The notes under the pieces: generated by a model
The model's database searches: none
Told to the model about the DNA's origin: nothing
The model's input: the letters and a program-made list of their open reading frames with translations, nothing else
In this document: in pieces, positions 15,551-27,650 of the stretch
Layout: each line of letters starts with the position of its first letter
Numbering within the stretch: the first letter of the stretch is position 1
Assembly (NCBI RefSeq): GCF_009914755.1
Contig: NC_060942.1
Origin: the human T2T-CHM13v2.0 reference genome, Homo sapiens
Strand: one strand, 5' to 3'
Length of the DNA: 64,000 bases
Translations under genes and position numbers: made by a program

Positions 15551-15740
15551 GTGTGTTCATCCTCGAGGTGGTGTGATTCAGAGTGTTTCTTCATGGAAGC
15601 ATGGCTCGGGCACGCAGTATGTTAGCACCAGGCAAACACAGTCATGGACTGCTGTGACTCCCCAGCAGACTTGGGCTTCACCAGCAGAAGTTGTTGACCT
15701 TACCTTGGATGAGGATAGCAGGCGTAAATACCTACTGTAA
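15551..15740 (+). CDS. ARK2N: ARK2N last coding exon (coding part, through stop)
   Basis: Acceptor ttttgttcttcatctcaattgcag|. Phase-compatible with the previous exon (AG+G = Arg). Reads CVHPRGGVIQSVSSWKHGSGTQYVSTRQTQSWTAVTPQQTWASPAEVVDLTLDEDSRRKYLL, then TAA at 15738-15740. Contains a VVDLT type-b SIM. Confidence 0.96.
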
Positions 15741-18700
15741 TACAATGTCACTGTGTTTCCTCTGCACTGTTCCCTTCCACTTCCTCATCCTCTTTGTGAC
15801 ATGGAAGTTCATTGTCATAGCTTCAGCTTCAGAAGCTGTTTGTGGCATTTGTAGGATTCAAACTCATGGAAAATTCCCTCCTCTTCCCCCCTTTTTTTAA
15901 TTAAAAGAAGTCACTTAGGAAAATAACATCACAGAGAAAAGAATTTCTTCTTTCCCTCAGTAGGAATATAGAATGATGAATTTTATTAGACAACTTTATT
16001 TTACTTGGTGACTTTTAATCTTAGGAAACTCTGCCTTCCTTTTAGAATAATATTTTAATTGCCAGGCAAAATGGGTTTCAGTTTTTGAATCTTGTATTTA
16101 TTTTTCTGTATAATGAAATTAATATCTAGACTTGACCACTATCTGCCCACCCCATTGGCACTCCCATCTTAGGGCATTCGCACACATATCAGTCAGGTCC
16201 TTATTGGCACCTAGTAGGGCATGTGCATTTAAAAACTTGTCCTTAAAAATAGAAGACAGAAGTATTAAAATTATATTTTCTTTTATTTTAAGTCTTCTGC
16301 CTTCTTTCTTGAGTTTGCTCCTGTTGACTTCCCACAGCACAGATAATTGACATGTCCCTTTGTGTTTATAAATACTACTAAGGTGACCTAGTTGGTCTCC
16401 TTGTTGCAATAATTAATAACTCTTTGCAAAATGTCTCCTTTGAGACAGAGGCATTTCAGATAGATACCCACCATGAGGTGTTCTGGGCATCTGAAGGTAT
16501 TAAGAGTTCAGTGGGAAAAATCTCTCTCCCTCGCCTTTTTTTCTGGTTTAGTCAAATAACGGGTGAACATAGAAACCTGTTGGGAAGAATATGAAAAGTT
16601 ATGTGGCCTCTGAGGCTACAGGCACTTGCAAATCCGAGAGGAAAGTGCCGTCTTTCATAGCTGGTCTCTGTATAAAGAGTATGTAGCAACAACTGTTTAA
16701 CATCCGAGATGAAGTGGACCTGATGCTGTATTTGGGTATTTTTCTCCTCTACCTTCTAAAAAAAAATACCATAAGAAGAATCAGAATGTACCATAAGAAA
16801 TCAGATGCAAAGCACGTTAATGTCATTGGTAAGTTTTACAGAGTCTAAAAGGATTAGCAAAGGGTAGCAGGAGCTTCAGGGAATTCAGGAAATGCCAGCA
16901 TTGGAATTTTGTGGCATTAGTTACTACCTTCTTTCTTATAATATGTTGTAGTTACTAGTGAATTCTTTTAAAAGCAATACCTAGAGTTAGAACACTATGT
17001 ACTCTGCACAGGGGGAGTGAAGTAATATTGGCTTAGAAGACTTCACCTTTTGTTTTTCATGGTTTTTGTTTGTTTTGTTTTTGTTTTTGTTTCCATTGTT
17101 ACCGTTGCTATGGCCCTTTGCCTGTCTCTCCAAATCCCCTGGTGGCTCTTCTTATCATTAAGAGTATGAGAATTACCATTTTCAGTTTTCATTCAGCAAA
17201 CAAATTTACCAAGTGCCTGCTCTGCATAAGGCACTGTGAGGGGTGGGTGCTCTGGGGGCTGCTGAGATGAATGACACACACCGCACATACACATGCATCA
17301 GTGTCTGCCTGCCTCCACCTGCCCAGCCTGTTCTTCTTCTTCTTCTTCATCTTCTTCTTTTTTTTTTTTTTTTGTAAAGACAAGTTTATTCCTTTACGCT
17401 TCTTGTTGCATTAGTTCTCCTGTATGTTCCTTCTTCCACAGGAATGTATTTGTGCATATGTTCTTTGATCTTCTCTGATAGCATCTCATTTGATCTGGCC
17501 TCTGTCCTTCATCAGCTTTTATTTTTTTTATTTTTATTTTCTGCTTTTGTTAGATAAGGCTTTTAAGATCATGAACCTCCAGCTTTAGCAACTCATATAT
17601 CAGTCTCTCACATGGCCACAATTCTAGACAAAAACCAAAGACCCAGAGGCCAGAGCAAAGTAGGACCTTCTGAAGATTCACTACTGGTGTATCCTTGGAC
17701 CTTCACATTTTACTTTAGGATTAATTTATTGAATTTTACTGTTACACATAGTTTTTGACTTGAATTAAAATACTAGACAAAGCAGAAATGTACAATTTCT
17801 GGTCTGTGTTTTCCAGGAAATTCATAGAGAAGAGAATAGAGTGGATGATGTGACTTGAAGTTTTTGCAGCTTATTTTTTCCCCCACTGTCAGGGCAGAGG
17901 CCCATTTTAATGAATGTTTTTGCATGACCTGTTCTTATGTTAACCACATATTTTTTTTCCCAATTCCACACAGCAGGTGATTTCCCGTGTGACATATTTT
18001 CTTCATAGTCCCTAATATAGTCATCCTCTACAGAGTTGGCGTGCTGTGTGCACTGTGGATTAGGAACAGAGTGGAGCTGTAACCAGTCTCTTCTCTGGCC
18101 CTTTGCCTTTATGTCAGCTTGCACTTTTGCCTCACTTATTCCTAGTCCAGCTCCCAACTGCCTGACTTAATGGACCAGAACGGAGATTTGGATATTAAGA
18201 TGCAGAGGGGGAGGGGAAGGGATGGTAGAGATAGACAGCTCTCCCCTACTAGGTTGGGTCATTTCCCCTAATAACTATAGAGAGACTGTGTTTCAACTCT
18301 CTTTTCATTGCTGTTTCCAGAAGAGTGGAGAGTGTGGTTTCAGGCAAGGTATTAATGATACAATTCCGTGGTATACAGCTCCTGTGACATTTGAAGTTTC
18401 TTTTAAAGGGGTTTTTCTTAATCAAAGTTTTACATTTGGTAGCATAAGTAGTTCTTTATGCTTCACAGGACATTGTCTTCAGAGTAATCTCTCTGCTAAA
18501 ATGGTACATGTGGGTCACAGATTGGTTTATGCCACTGACTTGGTTAAGTTTCCACCCCCTCCAATTTGTGAAAAACAGAGCAGTGACCTAGCTGTTGCAT
18601 CATCATGACTGCCATGTAACCTGTAATTGCTGCTCTCCAGTAATTGTCTTTTCATTTTGATGGTAGGGGCCAGACTGAATGAATAATGCATTCTTTTTTA

Positions 18701-19612
18701 TTCAATTTATTTCATTCAGTTTATTCTTGGCAATCAAACATCCCATAAACTTTGCTTTTATTATCAATTATGAATATGAATTGTCTGGTTTACTAATGTA
18801 GTCATTTGTTCATCTTTACTTTTAGCAGATTAGCACCATAACTAACTTAAAACTAAGTTTGTTACCTGCTTTTTATACTGTCACAAAGGTTTTTGAAAAA
18901 GCTGGGGACACTATTTTGTCTTTTAGTTTTAAACTTTTTTAAGGCAAAGCAAGCTCCCCAATCCCTGTTCTCCAATATGTGTATGATGTGACTTCCATGT
19001 AGATATAAAAATGATTGTGCCCTAACCAAACTTCCTCAGATTGTGCACTGTTTGTTTAAAATAATCACGTATTTTAGTCTGATGCTGTTGTATTTTTTCA
19101 TTTTATTTAAAACACTACTTACTTCTTATTCTCTTAACAAATTTTAAAAGGTAGTGATCTTAAAAAAAAATCACTGGATAACTAGGAAATATTTTTGTTG
19201 TTGTTTTGTTTCTTAAAGAGTACAGAGGCCATTGAAGCCTTTTGCTCCTCTTACCGTGAAAATGAAATGTTAGCCATTGTATGGCTAGGAACCAATGCAC
19301 TTGGCAGTTAATGGATCTGCTGTTGCTGGAGTGTGAGCGTGGACTTGATGCAGTGATGACAAATCATTGCTTAGAATTAATGTTTTCAAATGTGCAACTC
19401 TAGTTTTTAAAACAAAATTTGGTTCTTTACATTCATTATTTCGTTTTTGTTTCCCTTTAGTATTTAATGGTCTTTGGAGAAAAAATAATAAAACAGAGTG
19501 TTATATATATATTTTTTGGTGCAAGATAAGATTTTCTGTTTTTTGAAATAAGTCTGTAGCATAAAGGTTAAACTATTTTAAGACAAAATAAAATAGAGTG
19601 TATTTAAACAAT
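15741..19612 (+). other. ARK2N: ARK2N 3'UTR (~3.9 kb)
   Basis: Alu-free, AT-rich stretch from the stop codon to paired AATAAA signals followed by a T-rich downstream element. The end is approximate. Confidence 0.8.
17331..17373. repeat. (CTT)n plus poly-T tract in the 3'UTR
   Basis: Direct observation. Confidence 0.9.
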
Positions 19613-19647
19613 GATATCTTCTGAGGTTTTTTTTTTTTTTTTTCTTT
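19587..19647 (+). terminator. Poly(A) site: AATAAA plus U-rich downstream element
   Basis: AATAAA at 19587-19592, CA at 19609-19610, long T tract from ~19627. A second AATAAA lies at 19487-19492. Confidence 0.8.
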
Positions 19648-20416
19648 GTCCCTATCTGCTTCAGTTAATTAGGTGGTACCTGGAGCAATTTCCAAGTTAC
19701 CTTTTAAATGTGAAAGTGGATTCTATTTTGTTAACAAGTCTTATCTTTATAAGATGTCTGAGTTTTCAAAGCAAGAGCTGTATCCTTGCAAGGTTACTTG
19801 CAAAACTACTCCCAAGAAGTTTTGCAAGTAACCTTGGATAATTGTTGGATGTTGATAAAAATAGCTTTGCATTAGCTTTCCTGTAACCCCACCTGAGATT
19901 TCAAAGAGGGCCAAAGACTTATTGTTCTGGGCACCTTTACTCCTGGCAACAAAACTTCACTGCTGGTTATTACTTTGCAGAGATCAGAGAGTCAAGGTAA
20001 GATGCTGCAACGGCATGCACTTTGCATGTGGTTAAACATTGAAGCAGGTATAGGGTGTTTGAAAAATAGACTGAATAATTTTTTCCATAGTTTGGTTCTA
20101 TTTTCAGATTTTTAATTTGGTTATTAAAATGATAGGAACTACCATATTAACACCTCATGATGTTTGTAACTTATCTTCACATAAAGGGGAATGAGGAACC
20201 AGGGAGAGTGAAACCTCTTTTTATTAAAACATTCAACTCCTGAATCTCTTAGTTTTCCTCAAGAATTTTTGGTTCTGCTTGTACTGGAAAATGATCTGTT
20301 AACAATTAGGAAACACAATATTAACTAGTAGGAAATATCTTCAGATTTTTGAAATTGTTCTTTTATACCACCCTGTATCTGAGACGTAGACATATTAATA
20401 CCTATAAGAAATCTTT

Positions 20417-20728
<312 letters not shown>

Positions 20729-22869
20729 GGAAAACTCTTCTTTGACTCTAGAAGGAAACTGTTTACCTAGGATCTCACGTTTGAACCCTTTTGCCCTTGG
20801 ATACTGCTTTTGAAGAAGAAACTAGGCACAAGTAAGTAATATAACCTGTAGCTAGTGCTTTATGTCATTTGGGCTGCTTCTTTCTGTTCTTTTGCAGGCA
20901 TTTGGCCTTTCCTTCCCTTACTGTTTTGTTTTTCAGAGTAGATACCAACTATTTATAATTATAGTCTAATTACAGATAAAGAATCTTTACCAAATATATA
21001 TGTATCTTTTCAGCTCCATTTTTGCAACCTAAGTAAAGTGAATTTCTTCTAGGTTTTGTTTTAACCACACTTGGAACCAAGTGCTCTATGAAAGAGCGAT
21101 CCTCCTAGGTCATTGGTAGGCACGATTTTTTTTTTTTTTTCATGATTCCATGATTGAAAGCACTGATTCATAGAATTAGAGAGGTTCTGGCCTATAGTGG
21201 AACTTTGGCTGGGAGAATCTGCCTGGAGCAGAAGAAAGCAACAGTAAGTAGTGGTAGGAGCAGTGAGTTCAGAAAAAGATGCAAGTAATGATCATGAGTG
21301 TCAGAAATTTGGAAGGAGCACCCATTCACCTGATACTCTCTGTTGGTTTAATTCATTGTACACGTGACATGCCTTCTAGGTGGTGATGGCTTTAGGCAGG
21401 GATCTCTCTGTGTGATGAGGATTCCCTGCCAAGCCTTGAGGACCCATTTGATAGGGTAGTGTGAATGATGAGAGTGAGTGCTGGCAGCGAAGTCAGCCCT
21501 CAGAAAGGAAGTGTGGCAGCAGCAGCTGGTATAATCTGCTCATAGACCCTGGCCTGCTGTTGGGAACACACCTTGGTTGTAAATTATATCTGTCTAGCTT
21601 CTTACCCTTTAGTGAAGGAAGCTATTTGGTGCCAACTTTTTCTTTTTTATTAAAATTTTTTTTTCCCCATTGGCCTTGCTGAAGCTTTTAGAAGATACCA
21701 GCTTTTTCTTTTGTGCTTTGGTAATTGACATCTCAGAGTCACATCTGTTCCCCTTTCATGATTGCTCCATCCCGAGAGTGGAAAGGTAAAGTGTAGTGGA
21801 CTGTTGAGCCCTCACTTTTGTGACTGATTCTAAAGCAAGCAAATCTGACTTGAGGATGGATCTTGAATTCTGCAGCATGAGAGGGTTAGATCAGAGGCCA
21901 GGTGAGTGAGTTTAGGCCTGACCCAGGGAACAGGAGATCCCAGAAAGGCCAAGTGACTGCTATAGGATTTAGTTTCTGCACCTGTAAAATGAAGAATGTC
22001 TTGGGTTTCTTTTTTGAAAGTAAAAGGCTATGTGATTTTAGGGGATGATTCATTGTTCTGCAGAGCCATCAGGCTTTTCAAGCAGTAACTCAAGAGAGCT
22101 GCTTACTCCAAAAAACTGCTCAAAAGACTGTAGTTCTGTCATCTCACTTAAGCCTTGGGAAGGCTTTGGATGACTAACACCAACAGAACCTTGAATTTCT
22201 ACAAGCGATTTTCAAAGTTTTAAAAGAATGTTTATTTCAAAAGTTTCACATGGGGTAAGAAGTACAGATTATTATCCTAATTTTACAGATGGGAAAACTG
22301 GTAACAGAAGAATAACTGTGTATTTGGATTTACATAGGTAGACTTTGTGAGAGTAGATGTTTTAAAAAAATGACTCAAATTAGTACCTTTTAACTGTTCA
22401 GAAAAACAAAACCTCAATTTTCTGGTTTTCCTGCCCATTTTCTCTGCTTCTTCACTTGGGGCAGAGAAAAAGCAAGTTGCAGAATATGCACTACATGCTG
22501 CTATTTGTTTGAAATTTTAAAAGACAATATAATACTGCATACAGATAAAGGATACATACACATCTAGTAAGAGTATAAACATGCATGAGAATAATAAACA
22601 CCAAATTCAGGGTAATAGTTGCCTCTGGAAGGGGAGGTATGGAGGGGTCACAGAGGACTTCAGCTTTATTGGTAAAATTTCATAAGTTGGGTAGCAAGGA
22701 CACAAATGTATGTTATTCATTGTACCTTTTTGTATATTTTAAATATTTCATAATCAAATTTTTTCCTGAGAATGAAAACTCTTTTGTGACTTTCCCAATG
22801 TTAGTGGAAACAAATAAGATCTGAAGCTGATTCCCTTTAGAAACTCTCAACACTTCTTAGCTATGTTCA

Positions 22870-24317
22870 CCAAATGCGTGAGCATTGATAAATTAGACTT
22901 TATCAAAAAAAAAAACTTGTGCCTCAAAGGACACCATCAAGAAAGTAAAAAGACAGCCCACAGAATGGGAGAAAATATTTGGAAATATTGAATCTGATAA
23001 GAGACTTGTATCTGGAATATATAAAAAACTTGCAACTCAATTCTAAAAAAAAAAAAAAAAAAAAATCCAATTAAAAAATCAGCGAAGGATCTGAATAGAC
23101 TCTTCTCCAAGGAAAATATACAGTTGGTCAATGAGCACATGAAAATATGCTTAACATTTCCATCAGAGAGATGCCAGTCTAAACCACAATGAGATACGAC
23201 TTCATACCCACTAGGATAACTAGAATAAGAAAGATAGGTATTGGTGAGGAAGTGGAGAAATCAGAACTGTCATACATTGCTGGTGGGAATATAAAATGGT
23301 CAGCCACTTTGAGTTTGGCTGTTCCTCAAATGGTTAAACCTAAGAGTTACAATGAATGTTGATAGCAGCATTATTCATAATCGCCAAAAGGAGAAAGAAC
23401 CCAAATGTCCATCAGCCAATGAGTGGATAAACAAAATATGGTGTAGCCGTGTAAGTGAATGTTACTCGGCTGTAAGTAGCAATGAAATGCCAATACATTC
23501 TACAACATTGATAATCCTTGAAATCACGATGTTAAAGGAACCAGTTACCAAAGACCACATATTATTCCATTTACAGAAAATATCCAGAATAGATAAGTCT
23601 ATAGAAGTAAAGTAGATTAGTGGTTGCCAGAGGCTGAAGGAGGTAGAAATAGGGAGTGACTGCTCATAGGTAAGGGGATTCTTTTTGGGGTCTTGAAAAT
23701 AGTCTAAAAGTAGAGTGGTGATGGTTGCATCTCTGAACATTTCAGTAGCCCACCCTTATCCATGGTTTTGCTTTCTGTGGTTTCAGTAACCTGCCAATTG
23801 CAGTCTGAAAATATTAAATGGAAAATTTCAGAAATAATTCATAAGTTTTAAGTTTCACACTGTTCTGAGTAGCATGATGAAATCTCACACCGTTCCTCTC
23901 TGTCCCACCTGGGTCATGAATTATCCGTTTGTCCAGCGCATCCATACTGTATATGCTGTCTGCTCATTTAGATACTTACTAGCTGTCTTGTTTATAAGAT
24001 TGATGAAAAGAAGAGTGAGTATAGTACGGTAAGATTTGAGAGAGACAACATTCATATAACATTACTGTATATTGTTAAAATTCTATTTTGTTAATCTCTT
24101 ACTGTGCCTCATTTATAAATTAAACTTTAGGTATATATGCATAGGAAAAAACACTATATATAGGGTTCAGTACTATTCATGGTTTCAGGCATCCACTAGG
24201 GGTCTTGGAATCTATCCCCGGCAGATAAGGGGACTGTTGTACTAACCAGCATTGAATTGTGCACTATAAACGGGTGAATTTTATGGTATGTGAATTATAT
24301 CTCAATAAAGCTGTTAC
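22870..24317 (+). mobile_element. Old L1 (L1MB-like) ORF2 end and 3'UTR, interrupted by MER44B
   Basis: L1 motifs gacaccatcaagaaagtaaaaagacagcccacagaatgggagaaaatattt and aaccacaatgagatac. 3' end gtatgtgaattatatctcaataaagctgtt. Confidence 0.85.
23743..24239 (+). mobile_element. TcMar-Tigger MITE (MER44B-like)
   Basis: TIRs cagtagcccacccttatc / gataaggggactgttg followed by TA. The L1 sequence resumes after it. Confidence 0.85.
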
Positions 24318-25479
24318 ATGAAAATACACATAACCTTTGGAATTGAGGGTATAGTGCCTTAAGCTGTTAATACCATGTTGTGAATAGGTACCACACTTGA
24401 GAAAATGAGTTGAGATAGTGGAGGAAGAAAGGATAGTAGGAAGGTATAACTCAGCTACAGGGGACCCCAAAGACCAAGATGGCAGTTACTGAAGGCAAGC
24501 ATGACCAACTTTCTCCCTGGCTGCAGGCTTCCCTGACCCCGAGATGTGCCTTTAGTGGGAGACCTATCCTCTGTGAAGAGAAATGTAGCTTGCTGAGGTT
24601 TCTGTGCCTTCCAAACCTGCCACCCAAGGGCGAAGATTATTCAGAAAGAAACTAACCTTTATTCCCTGCTGAAATTAGAGTGCTTATCAACTTCCAGGGA
24701 GTGTTCCACAGACAGGCTTTTGGGAGGTGGGGTGAAGGATGCAGGCGTTTTTCCCCTCTGGGCAAGAACATCACCATAGCTTGTGAGTTCCTGGGCCTTC
24801 CCCTGGCTTTTGCCCAGAAAGTTTTGCAGTCGCTCCGACATACCTGCCAGAGAGCCCATAACTCTATCCTTGGGCAGTGAGGTGGGGATGGGGATGCTTT
24901 CTCATTATACATGCCCTTTCCTTCTGAGATGCTGCTTCCATGATTCCCACTCCCTCTCTTGGTTGCAAGCTCTGAGAGTCACTGTCATAACTGCTGAAAT
25001 TTCGTGGCATTCCTTAGGGCTGTGAAGGCAGAAAACATGCTGGGACCTTGGCTTCAGTCAGTGCTGGGCACTTCTCTTTGGTCTATTTAATAGTCTTCTA
25101 CATCTCCTCAAGTCTTGGCTAAATTCTTGCTGATTAGCTCTTTGGGCTCTTGGTAGAGTGGATTCATTTGCCATAACATTAAAAGTGGATATCTTAAGAA
25201 TGCAAACCTTTTATTCAGGTGAAATATTCAAAAATTTTTCAGCATCCTTTCAGGCACCAACCAGTTAGAATTAACACTGGAGGTGTGGCTGCCACAAGTT
25301 CCTGGCAACCGCAGTCTGTGACAGATATGGAATTAACCCTAACACTGCTACACTGTGTGAATCCTGGCAGGGCTGCCAGGGTGGTGAGGAAGGCACTCAA
25401 GCAGCTCAGGGCAGGGGCCCCTTACCAGCTGGAACTGAAGTATGTCATTGTTTTAACAGCCAATAGAACCAAAGAATAC

Positions 25480-25580
25480 ATTCGCTTAACCTCCCCGGAC
25501 CTCAACTTCTTCACTCATAAAATGGGGATAATAGTTCCTACCTTACAGGATTGTCATAAAGAGTTAATGAGTGGAGGCCT
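25480..25580 (+). mobile_element. MIR fragment
   Basis: cttaacctcccc..cctcaacttcttcactcataaaatggggataatagttcctacctta. Confidence 0.75.
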
Positions 25581-26709
25581 AGTTCACTCCATCCATCTTG
25601 TCAGCTCTACATTGGTCCTTGTTTGGCTAGCTCAGCTGAGAAGTGTGCATAACAAAATCTGTCTGTAGGCCTGCCGTCTATTTCACAGCAACACAGTTAA
25701 AGCATTACATGCATCCTTGAGACATAAATGAAGTACTTTAGAGAAAGGAGCAAGCAACAGTTGGGTATGTGATAACTGGCCTGGGGTGGTGAAAAGTCAC
25801 AAGTCCCAAGATCTAGTTTTGGGTCATGTCTTCATTGCTAACAAGCTGTGTGACCTACGAGGCCAGCCACCTCTCTGGTTCTTACCTTCTTCATCTCTAA
25901 AAGGGAGGATAGTTGTATGCCTACCACCGTCCCTAGATTTGGGGGGAGGGATCAAATAAGGTAACAAGACAGCAGTTTGGAATTTGCAGATTCAGATGAC
26001 TATAGAAGCAAGGCTGTTAATGGAAATAATTCGTTGGTCCAGATAAATGGGGAGTGTGGCAAACTGGATAGAGTTTATGCCAGTCTAAAGGAGGAAGCTG
26101 CAACTGTTATGAAAGTAAATGTTCAGTATTGCCATATCTATGGATTTTTCAAGAAAAGATGGAAATCTGGATTTTAAAAATGTAGATGTGGAATTTCTGA
26201 TTTGTAAATGTTCATGTGTGGCCATGGTCAGGTCTACTGAATATAAAGCTTGAAAAGACCTGTTGGTGCAGGAAGAAAGAAAAATTGGGTGGACTGTCAC
26301 CGATGTGCCACCTTCCCCACTCCACACTGTGAGCCTTCTTGGCACGGGATAAAAAACAGCCTAGGGTGGTTCTGGTGTTCTGACCCCCATTTTTGTGCAG
26401 ACTACTGAGACCTGGAGTTTTAATTGAGGTACTGCTGTAAGGGACTGAGTGCACCCAGGGAGCTGTGGTCACTTGCATCCTTGGTCTGACGTTTCCTGTG
26501 TACATCTCTGGCTGGCTAGACAGATAACCAAAGAGAATGGAGGCCAGCTCTGGGTCATCAGTCTTGAAAGTCTTATAACCTGGATCAATCCTGTTTGTCC
26601 TCTCAGCCAGGAACTGTGTGGGCCAAACAACACTTGTCTGCAGGACTGGTTTAGCTTGAGGGCTGGGGGTTTACTACCTCTGGACTATGCACATTTCACT
26701 GGTTGAGCC

Positions 26710-27650
26710 AGTGCTTGGTATTTGCTATGTGCTAGGCACTCAGCCAGACCCTGGGGCAATCCTCATCCTCAGGTAACTACCTCTGTCTGGTGTAACAAAC
26801 TATTGTCACAAAACCTGACAAATGCTGCTAAGATTAGCACTCAATGCAGGGTGCTTTGAGAACAAAAAGGCTCCCTAAACTAGCTGGTGGGATGGAATGA
26901 ATGAATGATGGAGGAGCTCCTGGAGAAGGCAATAGTTCAGCTGAGTTTGAAGGATGAGTAGGAATTAATGGAATCCAGGGAGGTAAAGAGTGGAGGGTGT
27001 GGGTAGGAGTCATTCAGATTCAAAGTTCAGGCATGGCATGGAGGTGAGAGAGAGCATGGCTCAGTAGAGGGACTAGTAGTTGGGAGAAAGCAGAAGTGAT
27101 AGGGAGCAAGCTGGAGACGTAAGAGCTATGTGGCAAAGGACCTTGAATGCCTCACTAACATTCCACAGACATTCCACCTCTGGAAACCAATAGAACATGT
27201 TTATTACCTGCAAAAAGCCTACTGTTGGAGGTAGAAAATGGGCATCTAGATACATAAATGCAACAAAGATGTACCTCTGAAATGATGGGGAACAATGTAA
27301 GTATTGTATAGAAGAGAGGAATAAGAGCCACTCTCCCTGGCAGTGGAGTGAATTAGAGGAGAATTGATATTGGAAGTAGGGAATTTTATTAGGAAGCTTC
27401 TGCAGGCATCAAAACAGATAAATGATGAAGGCTGAATCAAGGCAGTGGGAGGGGAAATGGAAAGGAGAGGTCAGAATGAATAAAGTTTGAATCTGTAGGA
27501 CTTGTTCATGCAGTGTTGGCAGGGGTGAGGGATGAGGTGCAGAGCCCATGGGTGAGGAAGAAAGGAAGAAAGGCTGCCAGATGTTGCATTCGCTAAGTAG
27601 GAAATACAGAAAAGGCATCAGGTTTGGAGAGTGTAGCAGATGCTTTTGGG
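26710..27650 (-). mobile_element. Degenerate L2
   Basis: Purine-rich antisense L2 text, e.g. ctcctggagaaggcaatagttcagctgagtttgaaggatgagtagga. Confidence 0.55.

Noticed and set aside
15691-15900. 69-aa ORF overlapping the end of ARK2N
   Set aside because: Different frame from the real exon, non-ATG start, no recognisable homology.
19350-19370. GTGATGA C-box-like motif in a small hairpin (GCAGTGAT-gacaa-ATCATTGC)
   Set aside because: No CTGA D box at a suitable distance, and it is exonic 3'UTR. An 8-bp stem is not significant on its own.
20832-20897. GTAAGT...ttctgttcttttgcag mini-intron look-alike
   Set aside because: Only 66 nt, downstream of the poly(A) site, with no coding context.
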